Below are positions 25,895 to 32,000 of a stretch of DNA of 32,000 nt, piece by piece; position 1 is the stretch's first letter, and each line of letters begins with the position of its first letter. Source of the DNA: Copranaerobaculum intestinale (GTDB lineage Bacteria; Bacillota_I; Bacilli_A; Erysipelotrichales; Erysipelotrichaceae); NCBI RefSeq assembly GCF_009831105.1, contig NZ_WUUQ01000002.1, forward strand, positions 420,001 through 452,000, in the 5' to 3' direction. The position numbers and the translations under genes are program-made. The notes under the pieces are model-generated. The model worked only from the letters and a program-made list of their open reading frames with translations. It did not search any database and was not told the DNA's origin.

Positions 25895-27190
25895 ATGAGT
25901 AAGCGATGTAAAATCGTTGTATACAGTATCGCAGGAGCGATCATAGCTATGATCATCGCACTGCTGATTAAGCTGCTATTTTTCAGCGGTCTGTTCATTC
26001 CTCAAATTACCTTGAATGGCAATAAAACAGAAACAGTTGAAGTCAACAGCAAATTTCATGATGAGGGTGCAGAAGCACGTTTTCGTTTTCAGGATTATTC
26101 CGATCAAATCATTAAGAAATCAAATCTGAATATTCACAAAACCGGAACCTATACGATTACTTATACCTTTGATAAATATGATAAATCGGTAAGCCGTGCA
26201 ATTCAGGTAGTAGATACAACTGCGCCCAAACTGAAATTGAAAGAACCGATGAATTTACGGGTATTTGAAAACGGAACCCTTCAGGATCCCGGATATCAGG
26301 CAGTTGATAATTATGAGGGTGATATCACCGATAAAGTTATGGTGAAGAATGATGTAGATATGGAGCATACGGGAACGTATAAAATAACATACACAGTCAG
26401 CGACAGCAGCGGCAATGTTACGAAAAAGACAAGAAAGGTAGAAGTATGCGCTGATCCGACAAAGACAAAGGTATATTATAATTTTGACGATTATGACAAC
26501 AAAGCGGAGGAGTGGTGGTTTAACAAATCCACTAAACATCAGCGTACAACTGCGGCCAGAGATGAAGCCTTCTTGGCGAAATATGATGCGTACTATTTAG
26601 GCAAAGATGAAAAGGTCATCTATCTGACCTTCGACGAAGGCGGCAATGATATCACGTATATTAAGGAAATCGCAGATGTTCTGAATAAAAACGATGTGAA
26701 AGCAACCTTCTTTTTAACCCGAAATTATATTAAGAACGAAGCGCCGTTTATGAACGATCTGGTGAAACATGGGCATTTGATCGCCAATCATACCTGGCAT
26801 CATTACGATATGCCGCTGTTAGCTAACAGTAAGGACATCGATAAGTTTGTGCGTGAAATAACCGAGACGGAAAAGACATATATGGAGGTAACCGGCAAAC
26901 CGATGGTGAAGGTATTCCGGTTTCCAAAAGGCGGTATGTCGGAACGATCCCTGCGGATTATGCAGGAGCTTGGCTATAAGACCTTCTTCTGGTCACATGC
27001 CTATTATGATTTTGCGGAAGATGTGTCCGGTGATGAATCCTATAAAACGATGATGGATCATTATCACAACGGTGCAATCTATCTGCTTCATCCGTCCAAC
27101 AAAGGAAATTATGAAGCAATGGATAAATTCATAAAGGAAATGAAAAAGCTAGGTTATCGTTTTGATACGGTAGAACATGTAGGAGATTAA
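25895..27190 (+). CDS. membrane-anchored polysaccharide deacetylase (NodB/PdaA-like) with two Ig-like (DUF5011-type) domains
   Basis: An N-terminal TM helix is present. The Ig-like domains read GTYTITYTF... and NYEGDITDKV...GTYKITYTVSDSSGN. The NodB motifs are TFDEGG and HTWHH. The ATG at 25895 has a GAGGTG RBS. Confidence 0.82.
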   Translation: MSKRCKIVVYSIAGAIIAMIIALLIKLLFFSGLFIPQITLNGNKTETVEVNSKFHDEGAEARFRFQDYSDQIIKKSNLNIHKTGTYTITYTFDKYDKSVSRAIQVVDTTAPKLKLKEPMNLRVFENGTLQDPGYQAVDNYEGDITDKVMVKNDVDMEHTGTYKITYTVSDSSGNVTKKTRKVEVCADPTKTKVYYNFDDYDNKAEEWWFNKSTKHQRTTAARDEAFLAKYDAYYLGKDEKVIYLTFDEGGNDITYIKEIADVLNKNDVKATFFLTRNYIKNEAPFMNDLVKHGHLIANHTWHHYDMPLLANSKDIDKFVREITETEKTYMEVTGKPMVKVFRFPKGGMSERSLRIMQELGYKTFFWSHAYYDFAEDVSGDESYKTMMDHYHNGAIYLLHPSNKGNYEAMDKFIKEMKKLGYRFDTVEHVGD

Positions 27191-27193
27191 GAA

Positions 27194-27225
27194 AAGACTT
27201 CAATCAATGTGATTGGGGTCTTTTT
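27194..27225. terminator. rho-independent terminator at the border of the AT-rich islet
   Basis: The two-tier stem AAGAC..CAATC / GATTG..GTCTT is followed by a T-run. Confidence 0.65.
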
Positions 27226-27273
27226 ATGATGGGAAATCATTTATGCGCAAGCGTTAATAAATGTCGAATAGTA

Positions 27274-27615
27274 TTAATTACTTCTTCCATAGTGCCAATG
27301 GCTATTAAATTGGTCTCTATTCATTTTATTTGAAACTGTTGCAGTATTACCAGCAGTACTGTATGCAGGACTAAAATTATAACCAGTGGCTAGATTTTGA
27401 GAAAATGACCCTTGATAACGGTTATTCGTGCTGGTTTTAACATTGAAAGTTGCTTTTGAATCAACACATTGAAAAGAATCATAAGCCGTATTTTTAGCAA
27501 AGTTATGTACGATACCATTGGCATATCCGAAATCTTTATTTGTCAAAGCTTTTACAGATGTAATACCTATCATTGATACGAATAATACTAGCGAAATAAA
27601 TAATTTCTTTTTCAT
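27274..27615 (-). CDS. small Sec-secreted Asn/Ser/Thr/Tyr/Gly-rich protein; candidate bacteriocin
   Basis: The signal peptide is MKKKLFISLVLFVSMIGITSVKA, cleaved before LTN. The mature part is about 90 aa. The RBS GGGAGA lies 7 nt upstream. It is divergent from the DUF1430/ABC pair. Confidence 0.6.
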   Translation of the reverse strand: MKKKLFISLVLFVSMIGITSVKALTNKDFGYANGIVHNFAKNTAYDSFQCVDSKATFNVKTSTNNRYQGSFSQNLATGYNFSPAYSTAGNTATVSNKMNRDQFNSHWHYGRSN

Positions 27616-27743
27616 TATTTCATCTCCCTTTTCCAAATAATGGAAACGCTTACACATCTTCGTGATAAGACAAATTAAAAGGAATTACAAGTATTTTATT
27701 TATTATGTAATATGGTAGAATTAAAAAGAAGGGGGAAAACTAA

Positions 27744-29740
27744 ATGAAAAAGATAATTATATGTATTTTTATGTTTATTTCAATAATTGGATATTTGATA
27801 TCTTTTGAAAATGTTCGAAATGTTTACCAAGATTCATTATTGCATTCTCCAGAGCAATCTGAAAAGGTTATTTCCTTTCTTTTATTTTCAAATAAGTATT
27901 CAAAAAAAATGAGGCAGAGATAGCAAATGGATTACTTACATTATGTAAAGAAAATGATGTATCCATCGTAAAAACATCTCCAGTTAATCAATACCAGATA
28001 AATAGATATGTTTTCATGTCAGAAAATTTATATAGTAAAGCAGGACTTAAATTATCAAAAAAACAGATTCATCAGTTTAATGAGAAAAAGGATTTTTTAA
28101 TTACAAATGATTTGCATAAAGAGGCTGATTTATATTTTCCATATTTTCCAAATGAAAGTAATCATTATATCTATAATTATAAGAATTATGATTATGTTGA
28201 TGGTACATATAACTTAATTGGGGAAAATGCAGAAAATGTATTAAGTAAATTTAAAAAGAATTTTGTAGGCCTCTTTATTGATGGAGAAAATAATAGTGTC
28301 ATACCAATTAATATAAGTATATTAGATTCATCAACAATGTACTCTTTTACACAACTTGCGATAATGTTGCTTGTAATAGCGATTGTCTGTATCCTTGTGT
28401 ATTTTTCTCAAATAGAGGAAAAATTGTCTATTAAGAAAATGTTTGGTTTTTCGTCATACCATTTATTGATAAAAGAAAATTGGAAACTGTTTTTAGAAGT
28501 TATAATCTGCAGCATATTGATATTTGTGATGAGTATGTTCTTTACAATACAGGAATTCAATATCTTTGTCATTCTACTGATGAAGTATTTACTTGTTTTC
28601 TTAGTTATTGAATTGGCCATGTTATTGACTATTCTATTATTTTTGTTCTATTTTTTTAAAAAAGTTCAACCTGTTCAAATATTAAAACACAAAAAGAATT
28701 TTAAAACATTATTATCTTTAAATTTGATTCTGCGAATGGTTATTGTTATCTTTGGAATTTCAATTATTGGAGAGTATTTTATACCGATGCTTACTGATGC
28801 AGATAATGTTTTATCATACAGGAAATTCTTAGAGAATTCAAATGGATACTATAAAGCGGATAATATGCAGCAATTTGAGGAAGATGTGCCGGGCTATCTT
28901 ATTCTGCTTTATCAGCAAGTAAATGATTCTGGCGGCATTGGTATAGAAATGAATACATTTATTGATTGGAATACGGGAAAGGAAATTTCATATTGTAATG
29001 CAAATGAAAATTATATCAATCATATAAAACTAAAAGATGAAAAAGGGAAAACAATTCAAATAAAAAAGGGAGAATATCAAGTTTTAGCTTCTGAAAAAAA
29101 TGAAGTACAGGCAAAGAAAATTATGGACAATGAAAACTTAAACGGCCGTAAAACTGGATTTCTTAAAATTGAATCAAATCAGAAAATATTTACCTTTAAT
29201 AATATGTTAAATGAAAATGGTGTAGGGTACGTTATGGATCCCATCATCTTAATATCTGGATTTGTAAATCCATGGTCGGTTTATTTAAAAGAAAATCAAA
29301 TTAATAAGAAAAAATATGATGAAGTAATGCAAAAGGGTGGCTTCAAAGCTACATTCGATATATATTCGGTAAATGATATGTCAAAGTTTCTTTATGATAG
29401 TTGGATCAGAAAATTGTGGCAAGAAGTAATATTGATATCCATTTCCTTTCTAGCTTTATGTGCCGTTATTACTCAATACGTCTTGGCTTACATTAGTTCA
29501 TTCAAAAAGAGTATCGCCATCAAAAAAACGATGGGTTATTCACTGTTAAAGCGTTATGATAATATGATTACGATCATGAGTTTCTTCTATTTTGTAATTT
29601 GGTCCTATTGTTTTATCTGGGGAAGATCGCTTATCGAACAAGTAACCGTATTAATTATGTTTATCTTTGAATGTATATTATCCTTACTATTAGTAGCCAA
29701 AAATGAACGTAAAATTATGGCAGAGAGCCTAAAGGAGTAG
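27744..29740 (+). pseudogene. bacteriocin-associated integral membrane protein (DUF1430/FtsX-like, lactococcin-972 immunity/export type) interrupted by a frameshift at an A8 run
   Basis: The ATG at 27744 has a strong RBS (AAGAAGGGGGA) and opens a 59-codon ORF with a TM helix, ending at TAG 27921-27923. The downstream frame is open from 27896. The two frames overlap only across A8 (27902-27909). Confidence 0.6.
28016..29740 (+). CDS. DUF1430/FtsX-like permease body (as given in the ORF track; first in-frame ATG, no RBS)
   Basis: There are two FtsX-like modules: KKMFGFSSYHLL followed by 3-4 TM helices, and IKKTMGYSLLKRY followed by 3 TM helices. A large loop separates them. No Shine-Dalgarno precedes 28016, so this is probably not the true start. 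Confidence 0.6.
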   Translation: MSENLYSKAGLKLSKKQIHQFNEKKDFLITNDLHKEADLYFPYFPNESNHYIYNYKNYDYVDGTYNLIGENAENVLSKFKKNFVGLFIDGENNSVIPINISILDSSTMYSFTQLAIMLLVIAIVCILVYFSQIEEKLSIKKMFGFSSYHLLIKENWKLFLEVIICSILIFVMSMFFTIQEFNIFVILLMKYLLVFLVIELAMLLTILLFLFYFFKKVQPVQILKHKKNFKTLLSLNLILRMVIVIFGISIIGEYFIPMLTDADNVLSYRKFLENSNGYYKADNMQQFEEDVPGYLILLYQQVNDSGGIGIEMNTFIDWNTGKEISYCNANENYINHIKLKDEKGKTIQIKKGEYQVLASEKNEVQAKKIMDNENLNGRKTGFLKIESNQKIFTFNNMLNENGVGYVMDPIILISGFVNPWSVYLKENQINKKKYDEVMQKGGFKATFDIYSVNDMSKFLYDSWIRKLWQEVILISISFLALCAVITQYVLAYISSFKKSIAIKKTMGYSLLKRYDNMITIMSFFYFVIWSYCFIWGRSLIEQVTVLIMFIFECILSLLLVAKNERKIMAESLKE

Positions 29741-29743
29741 ATT

Positions 29744-30385
29744 ATGAAAACTTTAGAAATTAAAAATATTTCAAAACGGTTTGGTGATCATGTGGTATTA
29801 AATGATTTGAATGCCCGATTTGAAGAAGGTACGATTACCGCTATAACCGGAGCGTCAGGTTGTGGGAAATCAACCTTATTGAATATTATTGGTTTACTAG
29901 AAAAACCAACTTCCGGACAGGTGATTTTTGAAGGTTACGGTGAAGGAAAAATCAGTGGGAATAAAACAATCAAGCTGCTGCGCTATGAGATTGCCTATCT
30001 GTTTCAAAATTATGCCTTGATTGATAATGAGAGTGTTGAAAGTAACTTGAAAATTGCTTTGGAGTATACAAAACAAAAAAAAGATAGAAATATCTTGGTG
30101 AATGCGTTAAAGCAGGTACATTTAGATGAGGATATGTTAAAGAAGAAAATCTTTACGTTATCAGGAGGAGAACAGCAGCGGGTGGCGATGGCACGAGTCA
30201 TATTGAAGCCTTGCAGTGTGGTTTTGGCAGATGAACCGACCGGAAATCTGGATGAATCCAATAAAATGGAAATTTTTAAATTATTAAAACAGATGGCAGA
30301 TCAGGGAAAAATTGTTATTATGGTGACGCATGATCAATTTTTGTCTGAACAATGTGATCAGAGAATCGATTTAGTAAAAGCGTAA
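29744..30385 (+). CDS. ABC transporter ATP-binding protein, lactococcin-972-group bacteriocin export type
   Basis: Walker A is GASGCGKST. The signature motif is LSGGEQQR. Walker B is VVLADEPTG. IIGLLEKPTSGQV and YLFQNYALIDNESVESNL are typical of this subgroup. It starts 3 nt after the permease. The RBS is AAGGAG. Confidence 0.85.
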   Translation: MKTLEIKNISKRFGDHVVLNDLNARFEEGTITAITGASGCGKSTLLNIIGLLEKPTSGQVIFEGYGEGKISGNKTIKLLRYEIAYLFQNYALIDNESVESNLKIALEYTKQKKDRNILVNALKQVHLDEDMLKKKIFTLSGGEQQRVAMARVILKPCSVVLADEPTGNLDESNKMEIFKLLKQMADQGKIVIMVTHDQFLSEQCDQRIDLVKA

Positions 30386-30386
30386 A

Positions 30387-30415
30387 AGAGAACAGAAATA
30401 TCTATTCTCTTTTTT
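30387..30415 (+). terminator. rho-independent terminator
   Basis: The stem AGAGAA / TTCTCT has a 12-nt loop and is followed by T5. Confidence 0.6.
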
Positions 30416-30577
30416 ATTTGATTTTATGAATTGATAAAATAGATATTCAACCGTGAAAGCATATTGGAATTACATGGTAAAAAAACTGTGTGTGTCAATA
30501 ATATTTATGCTTGACTCTGCCATTGGGGGAGACTTTACAATGATGTTGATTCGCATACTATACGAAAGGAACTTCAC

Positions 30578-32000
30578 ATGTCAAAAAACAATTCTATTGT
30601 GATAAAAGGGCTGCATCAGAATAATCTGAAGGATGTTTCTTTATCAATTCCGAAAGGGAAAATTATCGTTTTTACAGGAGTATCTGGATCAGGGAAGTCC
30701 AGTATCGTATTTGATACGATAGCTGCCGAAAGTCAACGGCAGATGAATGAAACTTATAGTGCTTTTATCCGTAGCCGTCTGCCGAAATATGAGAAACCAA
30801 AGGTTGATTTTATTGATCATTTAAATGCTTCGGTGATCATTGATCAAAGCCGATTACAGGGGAATGCACGATCGACTGTAGGGACGATCAGTGATCTATA
30901 TTCAGCGCTTCGCCTCCTATTTTCACGGATCGGACAGCCAACTCTCGGCAGTGCATCTGCTTTTTCCTTTAATGATCCGAAAGGCATGTGTCCGCACTGC
31001 TTTGGATTGGGAAAAGTGGTGGAGCTAGATCTAAGTACCTCTTTGGATCCTGATAAATCTATGCGCGAGGGGATGATTGATCTGCCTGCTTTTCATCCGG
31101 GTAATTGGTATTATAAGCAATATGCAGAATCAGGACTGTTTGATTTGGATAAACCGCTAAGAGATTACAGCGAAACAGAGTATAATTTGTTAATGTACGG
31201 GGCAAAGGAAAAGGGCGGCAAACAAGTTCATAAACGTATTGAGGGTATTTATAATCATATGTCACGGCTGTTGATTAATCGGGATCATGCAAGTGCATCC
31301 GATGTTTCAAAGAAGCGTTTAGCCTCCATGATTCAGCAAAGAGATTGTCCGGTATGCATGGGTAAACGGCTTCATGAAAAAGTGCTGAGATGTAAAATTA
31401 ATGGATACCATATCGCGGAGTTATCTGATATGGAGTTTTTAGAACTGCGTGAGGTATTACAGCAGATCAATGATCCCAGGGCACAGACCATCCTTGACAC
31501 TTTGTGTGCAGCTTTAACCAGGATGATCGAGATCGGCCTTCCGTATTTGAGCATGAACCGTGAATCCTCCACTTTATCCGGAGGTGAGGCGCAGCGTTTG
31601 AAGCTGGTACGCTATATGGGGAGCTCACTGACTGGCTTGACCTATATCTTTGATGAACCCAGCACAGGAATGCATCCGCGCGATGTTTATCGGATGACAC
31701 GTCTGTTAAAGAGTTTACGCGATCGAGGCAATACTGTGTTGGTGGTCGAGCATGATAAGGATGTGATCCGCATAGCGGATGAGGTAATTGATGTCGGGCC
31801 GTTGGCTGGAGTAAACGGCGGTCAGATCACGTTTCAAGGTACCTATGAACAGCTGCTTGTCTCTCATACATTAACTGGCGATGCTATGCGGGAACTGATA
31901 CCTTTGAAAACCAAGCCTCGACCTGCAATAGAATTTTTGCCGATTAAGGATGCTCATCTGCATAATTTAAAACATTTGTCTGTTGATATCCCATTACATA
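30578..32000 (+). CDS. UvrA-like ABC ATPase, class II paralog lacking the UvrB-binding domain (5' partial view; runs off the window)
   Basis: The frame is open from ATG 30578 (RBS AAAGGA) to the window end, 474 codons, and is not in the supplied track. Motifs are GVSGSGKSS, FSFNDPKGMCPHCFGLG, CPVCMGKR, LSGGEAQRLKL and VVEHDKDVI. Confidence 0.85.
   Translation, partial: MSKNNSIVIKGLHQNNLKDVSLSIPKGKIIVFTGVSGSGKSSIVFDTIAAESQRQMNETYSAFIRSRLPKYEKPKVDFIDHLNASVIIDQSRLQGNARSTVGTISDLYSALRLLFSRIGQPTLGSASAFSFNDPKGMCPHCFGLGKVVELDLSTSLDPDKSMREGMIDLPAFHPGNWYYKQYAESGLFDLDKPLRDYSETEYNLLMYGAKEKGGKQVHKRIEGIYNHMSRLLINRDHASASDVSKKRLASMIQQRDCPVCMGKRLHEKVLRCKINGYHIAELSDMEFLELREVLQQINDPRAQTILDTLCAALTRMIEIGLPYLSMNRESSTLSGGEAQRLKLVRYMGSSLTGLTYIFDEPSTGMHPRDVYRMTRLLKSLRDRGNTVLVVEHDKDVIRIADEVIDVGPLAGVNGGQITFQGTYEQLLVSHTLTGDAMRELIPLKTKPRPAIEFLPIKDAHLHNLKHLSVDIPLH

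Larger units (their letters stand above)
27226..30420. other. AT-rich islet carrying a lactococcin-972-type bacteriocin/immunity-export module
   Basis: My spot counts on single 60-nt lines give about 20-28% G+C inside (lines 28021, 28621, 30241). The flanking genes give about 50-58% (lines 24541, 26881, 30901). No integrase or flanking repeats are seen. Confidence 0.6.

Noticed and set aside
27226-30420. I considered calling the AT-rich islet a mobile element.
   Set aside because: No integrase, transposase, tRNA target, or flanking direct or inverted repeats are visible. Only the composition and gene content suggest acquisition, so I annotated it as 'other'.
1-32000. I scanned the window for CRISPR arrays, tRNA/rRNA genes and long tandem repeats.
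   Set aside because: By eye, no regularly spaced direct repeats, cloverleaf-like conserved tRNA boxes or rRNA-like segments were found. The only internal periodicity is the protein-level LRR repeat in 15433-16632.

Overview
The window is a 32-kb chromosomal segment from a low-GC Gram-positive bacterium. Gene content, especially VanG/VanT-like cell-wall genes, suggests an Erysipelotrichaceae/Clostridium innocuum-like organism; this is inference only. All homology statements come from reading the translations against reference sequences I remember, not from a database search. I support about 31 protein-coding genes. I saw no rRNA, tRNA, CRISPR array, transposase or integrase. Gene order left to right: two small helical hypotheticals, a PAS-GGDEF-EAL-PAS c-di-GMP protein, uvsE, a lipoprotein, a sugar-phosphate isomerase-like TIM barrel, an ankyrin-WYL regulator operon with a perfect palindrome upstream, and a YitT membrane protein. 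Next come a VanT-membrane-domain-like acyltransferase, an HD hydrolase, a nucleoid-associated (NA37-like) gene coupled to a ThyX-fold gene with a degenerate ThyX motif, an orphan gene divergent from a stand-alone PocR-domain gene, and an RluA-type pseudouridine synthase. A pseudo-receiver + LRR wall-anchored protein operon lies divergent from a LytTR/GHKL two-component system. A five-gene operon follows: murF, a VanG-like ligase, a VanT-like racemase, a separately encoded VanT-like membrane domain, and a COG2509 FAD protein. After it come a PdaA-like deacetylase and a sharply AT-rich islet. The islet carries a lactococcin-972-type module: a Sec-secreted small protein, a DUF1430/FtsX-like membrane protein broken by a frameshift in an A8 run, and a dedicated ABC ATPase. 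The last gene is a truncated class-II UvrA paralog that runs off the window end and is absent from the supplied ORF track. The most interesting items are four. (1) The van-like D-Ala-D-Ser-type precursor operon has a split, order-swapped VanT and no VanRS/VanXY. (2) The ThyX-fold protein lacks the RHR motif. (3) The bacteriocin islet has a slippery-site frameshift. (4) The LytTR two-component system is paired with a pseudo-receiver and an LRR surface protein.
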